Source: Octopus bimaculoides (Eukaryota). Taken from it: DNA of 52,183 bases. Positions within the stretch are counted from its first letter, which is position 1; each line of letters starts with the position of its first letter. Both the position numbers and the translations under genes were made by a program. The stretch is taken from the NCBI RefSeq assembly GCF_001194135.2, contig NC_068981.1, positions 190,116,714 through 190,168,896 on the forward strand. The letters are read 5' to 3'. Positions 1-12,740 of the stretch are shown here, piece by piece. The notes beneath the pieces were generated by a model that had not been told where the DNA came from, ran no database searches, and worked only from the letters and a program-made list of their open reading frames with translations.

Positions 1-46
<46 letters not shown>

Positions 47-744
47 AGACGAATGGTTTACACCTGGTAGCTTACTGGTAAAGCATGGTCACTTTTTTTT
101 AATGCCTTTCTTGTTGGATGGCGTATTCGTTTCCCTTATTTCCATCTGTGGTTTTATTTTTGATCTTCTATATAAATGAAGATATTTCCTCCATCTGGCT
201 GCTTTTCTTTCTATAAAACAAGAAGTTACATTGCAGAACAGCTATTTTAATGTGTTGTATTTATCTATCCCCTGACGAGATATATCTACACTGCTGGATG
301 CTCCTGAACCAGTTGTTGAGTGTCCCAACCAAGAGGAGTCGATGCTAGATGCATCAAAACAATTGTCGTCATTGATAACAAATTCTCATATATTCCATCT
401 TCTGTCTTTCATTTGCCATATACATATATATGTATGTATGCATGTATGTATGTATGTATGTATGTATGTACATATATGCATTTATAAACAATAGAGTAAT
501 AATATTTACCCCCATCTCATGTATTCATGGATGATAATGAAATTATATTTATATTACATGTTATACCATGCACTCATTAAAACTAGTGTCAATAATTACA
601 GATCCCTAATGAACCAGTCACTGCTTCAATGAATATCCAAGGACAACAGTGATAAAAAAACGCTTCTGCAAAATAATATATACCACAAAATATTCCTGTA
701 TGATGCTCCAATTTATCTTGAATTTTTCTCACCAAGATACTACG

Positions 745-1067
745 GTACATGTGTTAGTGGTTAGGGCATTCAGCTGACGATTGTAAAGTCGTGAGTTCAA
801 TTTCCGGTGCCGCATTGTGTTCTTGAGCAAGACACTTTATTTCACATTGCTCCAGTCTAACTCAGCTGGCAAAAATGAGTAGAACCTGTATTTCAAAGGG
901 CCAGCCTTGTCACATTCTTTGTCACGCTGAATCTCCCTGAGAAACTACATTAGGGGTACACGTGACTGTGGAGTGCTCAGCCACTTGCACGTTAATTTCA
1001 TGAGCAAGCTGTTCTGTTGATTGTATCAGCTGAGACCCTCGTCGTCATAACCAACGGAGTGCTCCTT
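745..1067 (+). mobile_element. tRNA-derived SINE (group D, subtype 1)
   Basis: A-box-like GTGTTAGTGGTTAG and B-box GAGTTCAATTTCC, then TTGTGTTCTTGAGCAAGACACTTTATTTCACATTGCTCCAGTC; the same head and body recur at ~30600-30720; ends in a (CTA/CTG)n tail. Confidence 0.7.
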
Positions 1068-1389
1068 ACTAGTACTACTGCTGCTGCTGCTGCTGCTACT
1101 ATTACTACTACTACTACTACTCCTACTCTTACTATTACTACTATTACTACCACTCCTACTATTACTCCTCCTATTCCTCCCCTCCCCCCTCCTCCTACTA
1201 CTACTACTATTATTCCTCCTATTCCTCCTATTCCCCCCACCCCCTCCTCCTCCTCCTCCTCCTACTATTACTCCTATTCCTCCTCCTCCTACTACTACTT
1301 CTCCTATTCCTCCTATTCCTCCTCCTCCTACTACTACTACTATTACTCCTCCTATTCCCCCTCCCCTCCCCCTCATACTACTACACACA

Positions 1390-1454
<65 letters not shown>

Positions 1455-1478
1455 TCATACACACACACATGCACACAG
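1068..1478. repeat. compound microsatellite (CTA/CTG/CCT)n-(CT)n-(CA)n
   Basis: visible simple repeats; explains ORFs at 998-1767. Confidence 0.95.
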
Positions 1479-1938
1479 ACATTCCCCCTCCTAAATTCCC
1501 CACCAGAGTCCTCCTTAGACAGTCTGTGCTTATAGCAGCAGACAACCCTTTTTTTATTTCTGAAGATGCAGCATGGACAGATTGGAGAGTGAACCACTTG
1601 TTTTGTGGCAGTAATTCCATTGTGTCTGTGACGTCATCAATACGATGACATATTTGTTGTGCTGAGCGAACGATAACTGCTACATTGCCATAGAAACAAA
1701 ACACCTGAGCATTAATGGAATATGAAGTGAATGTAATGTGCTTCGAAAAGCGCATGAACACGAACATGAAAGATGAGATTAAGATATTATAAATTTCAAA
1801 TTATTGCTGTGATAATTCATCTCTGTAATAAATTAGCAACATGAAATAAGCCATCGGTTTAATGATCTCTGTCATTTTCTCTTGTTTCCATTTCATAAAC
1901 ACAGTTTTACATACACATGCACACATGGATATATCTTT

Positions 1939-2252
1939 CATCATCATCATCATCATCATCGTTTAAAATCTGCTTTCCATGCTGGCATGGGTTGGATGTT
2001 TTGACTGAGGACTGGTGAACCAGATTGCTGCATCAGGCTCTATTCTGATCTGGCAGAGTTTCTACAGCTGGGTGCCTTTCCTAACACCAACCACTCTGAG
2101 AGTGTAGTGGGTGATTTTATGTGCCACGGGCACGAGGGTCAGTCAGGCTGTACTGGCAACGGCCATGCTCAAAATGATGATTTTTACGTGCCACCTACAC
2201 AGGAGCCAGTCCAGCGGCACAGGCAACGACCTCACTCGAATGTTTTTCCATG
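1939..2252 (-). mobile_element. RTE-LINE 3' fragment (family B)
   Basis: reverse complement of the family B 3' end (CCCATGCCAGCATGGAAAG..TTAAACGATGATGAT) with ~1.5 65-bp units. Confidence 0.8.
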
Positions 2253-3029
2253 TATGTGTGTGTCTAATTTATTGTGCTGTTAAGAAAAGATAACGAAAAA
2301 AAGTACTCCATCCAGTGAGAGATTAAATATCATTCAATGTGCACAATTTGAAGGTACAAGCAAGGTACAATGGTTTCTTGCATTAGAAACGCAGTTCTAG
2401 GCAAGTTTTTACGACATGCCTTGTCTCTCCATGCAATCTTCAGGTTCTGAAGATTGCCTGGAGACTGAAATCTGCAGAGGCCTTCATCTCTATTTTAAGA
2501 AACCATTTGCAGTGCATACCATTATACTTTGTACATTGCATGATGTGTGTCCATGTGTGTGTGTGTGTGTGTGTGTGTATTTGTATACACACACACACAC
2601 ACACACATACTACTTATGTAATCATTCTGGATGTATCACGCATCATCTAACTTCGTTTAAAATATCATATTACAATTTTCTGTCAATGGATATTTTCTGT
2701 CCCCTCTTAGCTCCTACCGCAACCACCCTTCATGACTCCGTTAACAATTGCATCCCCTACCCACCCTTTCCGCAAAAAAAAAACCCCCACAAAAAAGATA
2801 GAAACTCATGATCCGTGACAGGAATAATCCAAATCTCATTGATTTACTCAGGTCTGTCAAGCATTTCTTACCATTCAGTAACTTCCCATGGATGCAGGAT
2901 AAATCACCAATGAGAAATATATACTTGACATAAAAACAGGTTAAGCAGAAACGCTTGTGATTGTACAATGGAATATTAAGTGGATTCTTCAAACATTAGG
3001 AAAACTTAAATAATAAAATAAATCGGATA

Positions 3030-3031
3030 TC

Positions 3032-3062
<31 letters not shown>

Positions 3063-3828
3063 TATATATATGTATACATATACATAAATGTATATGTATA
3101 TATATATCGGTATGTATGTATGTATATATATATATATATATATATATNNNNNNNNNNNNNNNNNNNNNNNNNNNNNNNNNNNNNNNNNNNNNNNNNNNNN
3201 NNNNNNNNNNNNNNNNNNNNNNNNNNNNNNNNNNNNNNNNNNNNNNNNNNNNNNNNNNNNNNNNNNNNNNNNNNNNNNNNNNNNNNNNNNNNNNNNNNNN
3301 NNNNNNNNNNNNNNNNNNNNNNNNNNNNNNNNNNNNNNNNNNNNNNNNNNNNNNNNNNNNNNNNNNNNNNNNNNNNNNNNNNNNNNNNNNNNNNNNNNNN
3401 NNNNNNNNNNNNNNNNNNNNNNNNNNNNNNNNNNNNNNNNNNNNNNNNNNNNNNNNNNNNNNNNNNNNNNNNNNNNNNNNNNNNNNNNNNNNNNNNNNNN
3501 NNNNNNNNNNNNNNNNNNNNNNNNNNNNNNNNNNNNNNNNNNNNNNNNNNNNNNNNNNNNNNNNNNNNNNNNNNNNNNNNNNNNNNNNNNNNNNNNNNNN
3601 NNNNNNNNNNNNNNNNNNNNNNNNNNNNNNNNNNNNNNNNNNNNNNNNNNNNNNNNNNNNNNTATATATATATATATGTATGTATATATATATATGTATA
3701 TGTATGTATATGTATGTATATATATATATGTATATGTATGTATATGTATATATATATATATATACACATATATATATGTATACATATACATAAATGTATA
3801 TGTATATATATATCGGTATGTATGTATG

Positions 3829-3862
<34 letters not shown>

Positions 3863-3960
3863 TACATACATACACACATACATGCATGTATGCATGTGCA
3901 TGCACACACACACGCACACGTACACACACGCATACACACACACACGCACACACAGAGTCA
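3030..3960. repeat. (TA)n/(CA)n tract spanning assembly gap 3148-3662
   Basis: simple repeat and N-run. Confidence 0.95.
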
Positions 3961-4640
3961 TATATAACGTATACAAAACTTTGAATGAAGACACAAAGAA
4001 TCTAGGACGGGACGGGGCGGGGGTTGCCTAAAAAGGCAAGTTTGGCAGAAATTTCATTGAAGAACGTGGATGAATTGAATTAAGGAATAATAGTTTCTAA
4101 AAAAATTAATCCTTTCAATAAAATGGTAAAAATAATGGAAGTTCCAGAGAGTAAATAAAATATGAAGAATAAGTTATTTTCAAGACAGAGAAAGGTGGAA
4201 TGTATGGTTTAAATTTGGATAACATGTTCATACCATTTTAATGGGAAATGTCAAGGCAATGAAAGAATGATTCCACTATTCGTATCTGAAGTAATTTTGT
4301 GGAAGAAATATTGCTCAATTTAGAAAAAAATTGATATGAAAAGTCTATAAAATTTAGTTTAATCTCAGTTATACATTATTTATTACCGATAATCTCTCTA
4401 TAATAATAATACCAAAGGGAAATCTTGATCTCCAACTAAATGTGGATGTTGTGTTGGAACACATAATACTGCGTTATTTACCTTGAGAGAGCCTTTCATA
4501 AGGACTTGTGTTTAAAAACACATGTAATTATTTTGTTGACAGACAAGAATCATTTGCTATGACTACCAGTACTGCCAGATCACGTGATTTCACCCTACAA
4601 TGGGTTCCTCAGTGACACATGTCCAGCAGAAGCACAACAG

Positions 4641-4867
4641 GCGAGCTGGCACAAGCGTTAACACGCCAGGCGAAATGCTTAGCGGTATTTTGTCTGTCGC
4701 TACGTTCAGAGTTCAAATTCCACCAAGATCGACTTTGCATTTCATCCTTTCGGGGTCGATTAAATAAGTACCAGTTACGCACTGGAGTCAATATAATCGA
4801 CTTAATCCGTTTGTCTGTCCTTGTTTGTCCCCTCTGTATGTAGCCCCTTGTGGGCAGTAAAGAAATA
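4641..4867 (+). mobile_element. tRNA-derived SINE (group C, tail type 1) with 13-bp TSD
   Basis: GCGAGCTGGC A-box-like, GAGTTCAAATTCC B-box; perfect direct repeat AGAAGCACAACAG at 4628-4640 and 4868-4880. Confidence 0.9.
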
Positions 4868-5642
4868 AGAAGCACAACAGTCAAATCTCCAGTCATCAAT
4901 ATAAAAAAAATCTCAGTGTCTATTCGAGCACTGATGTCACAAATAGCCAATGGGATTATTAAAAAAATAACTAATAGTGACAGAAACAGTAATAATAACA
5001 GAAGGTAATCTTGATCTCTAACTTAACATGGGTGTTGTGTCAGAACACACAATACTGCGTGTGAGGCTAGGAGTGTACATTAAAGTACTTTTGAAAGGGG
5101 ACCCATAGCCTACACCTTGCAGATAAAGACAGCATTATTGATAGGGATAAAGGTGCATATATGTAGGAATACAGGGGTGTTGGGGTGCATTTGTAGGGCT
5201 GAGAAAAAAGTGTGAACATTGTAGGACTGGACGGGATCATTATTATACAACTGGGTGAAGAACTGGAAGAAAGAGGTGCACTTGTAGATGTGAGAAGAGT
5301 GTATGGGCATTTTAGGGATGGGAGCAGGGGACCCACCTTATATAAGGGGAACAAGAGATTATTATAGTATTGGGGGAAGGGGAGAAATATTTGGGACTGG
5401 GAAGAGAAGTGTGTATATTGTAGAACTAGAAGAAGGGACCCACCATATAGAACTAGAAAATGAAAAGGCTATGGAATCCTTGGCCCCCTAATCGACCCCA
5501 GGCGTGTACAAGAAAATAAATAAACAATAATAATAATTAAGTAGATGTGCATTGAACCCCAGGGGTTGATATCAACCATTTTGGAGACCCCTAACCCTAT
5601 AGTCTCACTACCACTTCAGCCCTTCTTCATATGTTCTTCTAT

Positions 5643-5830
5643 TCCTTTACTTGTTTCAGTCATTCGATTGCAGCCATGCTGGAGCACTACCTTTAGTCAA
5701 ACTGACTGACCCCAGGAATTATTCTTTGTAAGCCTAGTACTTATTCTATTGGACTCTTTTGCTGAACTGCTAAGTTACAGGGATGTAAACACATCAGCAT
5801 CGGTTGTCAAGCGATGGTGGGAGGGGATAA

Positions 5831-5869
<39 letters not shown>

Positions 5870-6030
5870 TGGGTTTCTTTCAGTTTCCCTCCACCAAATC
5901 CACTCACAAGGCTTTGGTCAGCCTGAAGATACAGTAGAAGACATTTGCCCAAGATGCCACACAGTGGGACTGAACCCGGAATCATATGGTTGGTAAGCAA
6001 GCTACTTACCACACAGCCACACTCATGCCT
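5643..6030 (-). mobile_element. tRNA-derived SINE (group A)
   Basis: reverse complement matches the copy at 50348-50752; central (CA)n. Confidence 0.9.
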
Positions 6031-6855
6031 ATCTTCATAGAAATTTGTTGCCTTTTCAAAAGTCATGATTGAAAGTCAGAAAATGAATAAAAATGCCATA
6101 AATTAATCAATCATGTCAAACTGAATTTATGATTAACGAAGTGAATGACATGATGGACTCAGAGTACAAGACTTATTGTTTATCATACTCACAATTGCAT
6201 TCAAGTTGGCGCTCTCCATATATTTCAATGACTTATATTTCTTTGAATATATTTGGTAATGATATATAATCAAGTCAGAGACCAAAGAATAGAACTAAGA
6301 ATTCTGTGATACTTATCTCAGAGTAAGAATTAGCAGGTATTTCCTTCAGTTTTGATCTTGTCAATTAGCCAAAATTTTCCAATTCAATTCATGGGAAAAA
6401 GTTCGAACAAAGGTAAAGAGGAATCAAAAACTCACCCAAAATCTTCTTTTTTTTTATATTTCTTTTTTTTTTTTTTTTGGTGGGTGGGGAGTGTCTATTT
6501 TCATCCGAAAGAAAATCAGGAAAAAATTGATAGTGTCTGTTGATTTTCAAAAGAAAGTTTTCTTAATTAATATCAGCCTGCAGAAAGGCCATGAGACGAG
6601 GTAAAATAGTCTGTTGAATATAGAATTGTGCATTAATTCATTGATCAGCAGCGTTCTATGGATTCTGTCTTCGAATGAAAAGAATGGTTTCTATGTTCGG
6701 TTATTTTAGTCTCAAAGGGTGGAACTACTAGAATCATCAATTTAACTGATAAATAAGCATATGGTTAGTACTGAAATACTAAAAGTTTTATCATTTCATA
6801 TGGTATGAGTGAAGAAAAAGTGTTTTATATGTATATTCTATTCAAATGCTATTCT

Positions 6856-6893
6856 ATTGGTTAATCTATTGGCCAATCTGATTGGTTCATTGG
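6856..6893. promoter_or_regulatory. cluster of five CCAAT/ATTGG boxes, possible NF-Y promoter
   Basis: ATTGG at 6856, 6868, 6881, 6889 and CCAAT at 6873; ATG|GTAAGT at 6979-6987. Confidence 0.3.
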
Positions 6894-7247
6894 GGTCATC
6901 GCTTTATGTCCTTGTGAAAGACACTTAATTCAATGTACAACACTTCACTAATGAACGAGAATAGGTAACAGAAGCAAGATGGTAAGTTCACTTAGGATAG
7001 GTCAATATCCTATCTGTGTGAGAAGATCTTGTGTTTCTTGTATCCATAAAACTTTGGAAACTAGACGAAATTTATTACGTTTATGAGACATTGTGACTCT
7101 AGAAAAGATTTAGTTAACAAATCAAAACTGAAAATATCACAGAATATGTTTAATGTATGTGTACAACCTCATTCATATTGGTCAGTCTGTTGTTCACTTT
7201 ATTTTGTCTTTTTTCTCTATGCTTAGATAAGATGGTCAAACGAATAA

Positions 7248-7263
7248 ATAGTAGTAGTAGTAT

Positions 7264-7311
<48 letters not shown>

Positions 7312-7331
7312 TAGTAGTAGTAGCAGCAGCA
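7248..7331. repeat. (AGT)n/(AGC)n microsatellite
   Basis: visible. Confidence 0.95.
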
Positions 7332-7379
7332 GTGTGCTCATGCTTGCTTGCAGGACAAGAGTCCAAATTTAGTATTATT

Positions 7380-7614
7380 CTTTTATTCTTTTATTCTTTT
7401 ATTCTTTTACTTGTTTCAGTCATTTGACTGCAGCCATGCTGGAGCACTGCCTTTAGCTGAGCAAATTGACCCCCAGGACTTATCCTTTGTAAGCCTAGTA
7501 CTTATTCTATCAGTCTCTTTTGCTGAACCACTAAGTTACAGAGACGTAAGCACACCAGCATCAGTTGTCAAGCGATGGTGGGGGGACAAACATAAACACA
7601 CACATGCATACATA

Positions 7615-7672
<58 letters not shown>

Positions 7673-7836
7673 GACAGGCTTCTACCAGTTTCTGTCTACC
7701 AAATCCACTCACAAGGCTTTGGTTGGCCCAAAGTTATAGTAGGAGGCACTTGCTCAAGGTACCATGCAGTGGGATTGAACCCCGGAACCATGTGGTTGGT
7801 AAGCAAGCTACTTACCACACAGCCACACCTGTGCCT
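7380..7836 (-). mobile_element. SINE group A, full length
   Basis: reverse complement of group A; (TTTTATTC)n tail and central (TA)n. Confidence 0.9.
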
Positions 7837-7895
7837 AGAAAATAAAAACAATGGCATTTTTAAAGCATGGCGTTTCATCAAGACTCATTATCCCC

Positions 7896-8060
7896 ATCAT
7901 CATCATCATTTAACATCCAACTTCCATGCTGGCATGGGTTGCACGGTTTGACAAGATTCAACAAGTCCAAGGCCCACATCATGCTTCAATGTCTGCTTTG
8001 GCATGGCTTCTACAGCTGGATTCCTTTCATAATGTCAATCACTTTACAGCGTGTACTGCG
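7896..8060 (-). mobile_element. diverged family B / RTE-type 3' tail
   Basis: CATCATCATTTAACATCCAACTTCCATGCTGGCATGGGTTG. Confidence 0.55.
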
Positions 8061-8167
8061 TGCATTGTTTGTGGCACCAGCACTAATGAAGTTGCCATGT
8101 AATTCACAAGACCCCTTAAAATAAAATCAAAAATATCAGACAAAATGAAAATACAATCACTATTTTG

Positions 8168-8746
8168 ACTGAAGGGCAGCAGATATTCACCTTGCCATTT
8201 CACTTGGATCCTTATGATCTGAGTTCAAATGTTACTAATGTCAACTTTACATCTCATCCCTCTAAGGTTAATGAAATATGTACCATTCATCTACTGTGAT
8301 TGATATGACTGACATATTCTTCCCACCTGATTTTAATCTTTTGGCCTATTTTAGAAACCATTATTTCAGCATAAGAGCAGTGGCCTGCCAGAAACATTAA
8401 CATATTGGACAAAAAGTCTTACCATATTTCTTTTGACTCTTGATGTTCTGAGTTCAAATCTTGCTGAGGTCTATCTAATCTTTCACCCCTCCAGGGTTCA
8501 ATATAAAGTTCCTATTAAACAGAAAGGTCTATGCAGTTAACTTTTCTCTCTTCTTCAAATTTGTAGTTTTCTGCCAAAATTAGTCACTGTTCTTTTTAAT
8601 GTTCTGAGTTGAAATCCTGGCAAGATCAACTTTGCCTTTCCTCTATTTGGTGTTGATAAAATAAGTACCAGTTGAGCACTGGGGCTGATATAACTCACTA
8701 ATCAAAAATTTCAGGCCTTGTGACTATAGTAGAAAAGATTATTATT
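8168..8746 (+). mobile_element. cluster of ~3 degenerate group C SINEs
   Basis: three TCTGAGTT(C/G)AAAT B-box motifs, each followed by a GTCAACTTT/CATCC-type core; the last ends in the type 2 tail AGTAGAAAAGATTATTATT. Confidence 0.65.
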
Positions 8747-9022
8747 TCTCTTTATCACAGGTTTTGTTGGAACTCCTGGAGTTTTGCATGTGTAGCGGGC
8801 TTGCTACCTGCAGCCTACGGTACCATGCTATTCATTCTTTCCAGCTATCTAAGACTTTCCTGATTATTCTGACCGTGCCAACAAGGCAAACCTTTTGTAA
8901 CAGTTCTACTGGAGACTCTTTTCTGATTTCCTTGATATTCCTATTGATGTCTTCTGATACTGTCCCCAAGGACCCGACAATAATTCATCTTCTTCATTTT
9001 CCACAGCCGAGCTATTTCATAC
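8747..9022 (-). mobile_element. R4/Dong-like RLE retrotransposon, 5'-truncated 3' end
   Basis: minus-strand translation across a frameshift: YEIARLWKMKK..IVGSLGTVSEDINRNIKEIRKESPVELLQKVCLVGTVRIIRKVLD, then 3'UTR; (TAA)n on both sides. Confidence 0.75.

Positions 9023-9099
<77 letters not shown>
9023..9099. repeat. (TTA)n
   Basis: visible. Confidence 0.95.
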
Positions 9100-9101
9100 G
9101 G

Positions 9102-9385
9102 AAAGGCAGCAAGCTGGCGGAAAAGGTGATGCGTTGGCAGAACTGTTAGCACGCCAGGCAAAATGCTTACCGATATTTCGTCTGTCTTTATGTTCTAAGT
9201 TCAAATTCCACAGAGGTCGACTTTGCCTGTCATCCTTTCAGGGTCAATAAATTAAGTAGCAGTCGTGTGCTGAGGTTGATCTAATCGACTGGGCTCCCTA
9301 CCCCAAAATGTCAGGCCTTGTTTCTAGAACAGAAAAGATTATTATTATTATTATTATGATTATTATTATTATTATTATTATTATT
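9102..9385 (+). mobile_element. SINE group C, tail type 2, with (ATT)n tail
   Basis: head and core as 4641; tail CCCCAAAATGTCAGGCCTTGTTTCTAGAACAGAAAAGATTATT. Confidence 0.85.
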
Positions 9386-9792
9386 TCTACTCTTTTCCTC
9401 CTTCTCCACCTCCTCCTCCTCATCAACATCATCATCATCAGCAGCAGCAGCAGCAGCCTATGTTCTTAGTTATTAGGCATTGTAATTCTAATAGATTTTA
9501 CAGATTCCAAGACACCTCCTTCTTCGCATACTCTGTTTCAGTCTTTGGCCTCTTAACAACAACTTTCAATCCCAATTTAGGTTCAGACATTTTACAAGAA
9601 CGATTCCTAACCTTTTACCATAGCAAAACATTTTGACAAATCAATAATCCTCTGTGATCTTTTTTTTTTTTCAAATATTTATATATTTATATAGAAAAAT
9701 CAATTTTCTAAAAATTTAATACATTCCTATTTGATAGTTTTTCTGGAGGAAATATTTCACAATTTTGTTTCTAGTAAATGCTGTGTTTAGAA

Positions 9793-9794
<2 letters not shown>

Positions 9795-9841
<47 letters not shown>

Positions 9842-9854
9842 TGTGTCCGCGCGC

Positions 9855-9896
<42 letters not shown>

Positions 9897-10089
9897 CATA
9901 TATCTTTACATACATACATACATATATATATATATATGCACACACATGCATGCACATATATGTATATACATAATATACACACACACACATACACACATAT
10001 AGATACACATAAACTATAGTATGTATTAAATAGTGTATAAGATATACACATATATACATATATTCATTCACACACACATATATACATGC

Positions 10090-10120
<31 letters not shown>

Positions 10121-10166
10121 TGCATTATCTTTCTGTGTGCATATGTATATGTGTGTGTATATATCT

Positions 10167-10225
<59 letters not shown>

Positions 10226-10265
10226 TATGTATCTATGCTTATATGAATCAACTGTATGTATATAT
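9795..10265. repeat. compound (GT)n/(TA)n/(CA)n
   Basis: visible. Confidence 0.95.
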
Positions 10266-10609
10266 ATACATATTGCTATTATCTCAATCGTCTGAGTTAC
10301 ATCATCAATTCAGTTTGTAACGGAACAGAGCACACCAACAATGATCTCATCTGATTCCTAATATTTCATCGCTTCATCTCAGTTAGTTATCATGTAGACA
10401 GAGAAGATAAACATTTCAACTGTTAACGAATCTGTTTAAAGTAACACTAGACAATATTTATAGCAAAAATTTTGTCTGTCCTGTAAATATCACAATTTAT
10501 ACAGTGTCTTGACATAGTTCAGGATTTCACTGTGTATATATTAGTTCTAGTGAGATAAACAAGCAGCTTCTGGTATTAGATGTTATGCTAATGAAGTTCT
10601 CGGCAAGTG

Positions 10610-11103
10610 TCATCATTGTAATCATCATCGTCATCATTGCTTCATCTTCATCATCATCATCTTTGTGGTTGTCGTTGCTGTCGATGTCGTCGTTGTCGTC
10701 ATCTTCATCATCATTATCCTCATCATCTTCGTCATCTTCATTGTCATCACTGCCATCATCATCAAGTCATCGTCATCATCATCCTCCTCCTCCTCCTCCT
10801 CCTCCTCCTCATCATCATCATCCTTATCATCATCATTCTCATCATCATCACCACCACTACCACCACCACCACCATTATCATCACCACCACTACCACCACC
10901 AACATCATCATCACCACCACTACCACCACCACCATCATCATCGTCATCGTCATTGTCATCACTGCCATCATCATCATCACCACCACCACCACTACCATTA
11001 TCATCATCGTCGCCATGACTGCTATCATCACCACCACTACCATCACCACCACCATCAACATCATCATCACCACCATCACCACCACCACCACCACCTTCAT
11101 CAT

Positions 11104-11134
<31 letters not shown>

Positions 11135-11162
11135 GTCTTCATCAGCATCATCATCATCATTG
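10610..11162. repeat. degenerate (ATC/ACC/CCT)n trinucleotide tract
   Basis: visible; source of the poly-H/S/D/M ORFs. Confidence 0.95.
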
Positions 11163-11164
11163 CA

Positions 11165-11365
11165 TTCAGACAAGGCCTAAAATTTAGATGACATGAAATA
11201 TTGATTACATCAACCCCAGTACATGACTGGTACTCTATTTCATTAATCCAAGAAGGTAAAAAACCCAAATCAACCTTGGCGGAATTGTAACTCAGAACAT
11301 GAGGTTGAGGAAGAAATGCTGCTAAAGTATTTGTCCAAAGAACTAATGAGTCTGCCAGCTTACCA
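11165..11365 (-). mobile_element. SINE group C type 2, diverged
   Basis: reverse complement of core (CTGGTACTCTATTTC..CAACCTTGGCGGAATTGTAACTCAGAAC). Confidence 0.7.
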
Positions 11366-11372
11366 TTTTCTG

Positions 11373-12012
11373 TAATCCTTCTTTTACAATATTTCTGTTG
11401 AGATGCTCTGTGTTTCTTTCAATTAATTTTAAATATAACAAAGAATTTAGTAAAATAACTTAGGTATTATTATGACATGTGTACTACAGAGCCAGAGGCA
11501 GTTTCAGTCAGGTTGGTATGAAAAGGGTTGAATTAATCATTTGTTATTTCTTTCATTTCCATAATTCTGTTGACATGCTCTGTGTTTCTTTTAATTAATT
11601 TTAAATATAGCAGACGCAGGAGTGGCTGTGTGGTAAGTAGCTTGCTTACGAACCACATGGTTCTGAGTTCAGTCCCACTGCATGGCACCTTAGGCAACTG
11701 TCTTCTACTATAGCTTCAGGCCAACCAAAGCCTTGTGAGTGGATTTGGNNNNNNNNNNGTCTGTGTGTCTGTGTTTGTCCCCCCAACATCGCTTGACAAC
11801 TGATGCTGATAAGTTTACCTCCTCGTAACTTAACGGTTCAGCAAAAGAGACTGATAGAATAAGTACTAGGCATACAATGAATAAGTTCTGGGGTCAATTT
11901 ACTCGACTAAAGGTGGTGTTCCAGCATGGCCACAGTCAAAGGACTGAAACAAGTAAAAGAGTAAAAGAGTAAAGAGAGAGTATAACAAAGAATTTAGTAT
12001 AATAACTTAGTT
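11373..12012 (+). mobile_element. piggyBac-like MITE tandem (two partial units) interrupted by a SINE A
   Basis: same sequence as 17011-17232; junction AAAGGGTTGA-ATTAATCATTTG-TTAT at 11522-11547; resumes at 11981 after the SINE. Confidence 0.75.
11613..11980 (+). mobile_element. SINE group A nested in the MITE
   Basis: GCAGGAGTGGCTGTGTGGTAAG head, GAGTAAAA tail; 10-N gap at its central microsatellite. Confidence 0.9.
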
Positions 12013-12049
12013 ACCATTCAGAGGTTGGCATGGGTGCCAGTCGTCAGCA

Positions 12050-12256
12050 TAAGCCCGACAAAATTTTTATTGGGCGGAGATTACATTCTTCCCTCCCCCT
12101 TCCCTATTGCCTGGTATTTTATTTCATTGTCCCTGAAAGGATGAAAAGCAAAGATAATCTTGGCAGGAAATGAACCCAGAATGTTAAGAGACTGAACAAA
12201 TAATACCACAAGTCATTTTTTCTGATTCTCTAACAATTCTGCTGACTCATCACTTT
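12050..12256 (-). mobile_element. old SINE group C
   Basis: CCCTGAAAGGATGAAAAGCAAAG..GAACCCAGAATG. Confidence 0.6.
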
Positions 12257-12346
12257 AAATTGTTTAAAATAATCTCATTATTAAATTTGTTTTCTCTTTC
12301 TGTTTACCGTTTGCAAACCTGTATTTGTTTTCCCATGTTTTGGTAG

Positions 12347-12474
12347 GTGTTTCTGGATTGAAGAGCTTTTATTACGAATTCATGAGCAAAAAGAAGTTTT
12401 ATTTGGAAAATCATTGCCCTTCCTCAAAACAAAGAAAAATACCAGTCATAAATTCCTACCTGTTTATGGTGAAA
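12347..12474 (+). CDS. candidate internal exon of an unidentified host gene
   Basis: polypyrimidine tract TTGTTTTCCCATGTTTTGGTAG| and donor AAA|GTACGT; open frame CFWIEELLLRIHEQKEVLFGKSLPFLKTKKNTSHKFLPVYGE; no homology recognised. Confidence 0.3.
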
Positions 12475-12579
12475 GTACGTAATTTTTTTTTTTTTTTTTT
12501 TTTTTTAGATAATTTCACCTGGTAAAAATTAAAAAAAAAAACACTGCAAGTGAATTGAAAGCACATATAACCAAAAGAA

Positions 12580-12610
<31 letters not shown>

Positions 12611-12620
12611 CCGATGATGA

Positions 12621-12654
<34 letters not shown>

Positions 12655-12671
12655 GGTGGTGGTGGTGATGA

Positions 12672-12703
<32 letters not shown>

Positions 12704-12740
12704 ATGACGAGGACGATGACGATGAGGAGGAGGAGGATAA
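12580..12740. repeat. (AAT)n(GAT)n(GGT)n compound
   Basis: visible. Confidence 0.95.

Noticed and set aside
50-420. Possible Penelope-type remnant with CTGACGA at ~273
   Set aside because: No downstream GAAA or stems, and no translatable GIY-YIG motif.
3066-3850. ~80-bp sequence repeated on both sides of the gap
   Set aside because: Most likely overlapping contig ends around a collapsed (TA)n, i.e. an assembly artefact.
4170-4240. KTEKGGMYGLNL resembling the L1/Tx1 KGGLGL motif
   Set aside because: Too short and degraded to support a LINE call.
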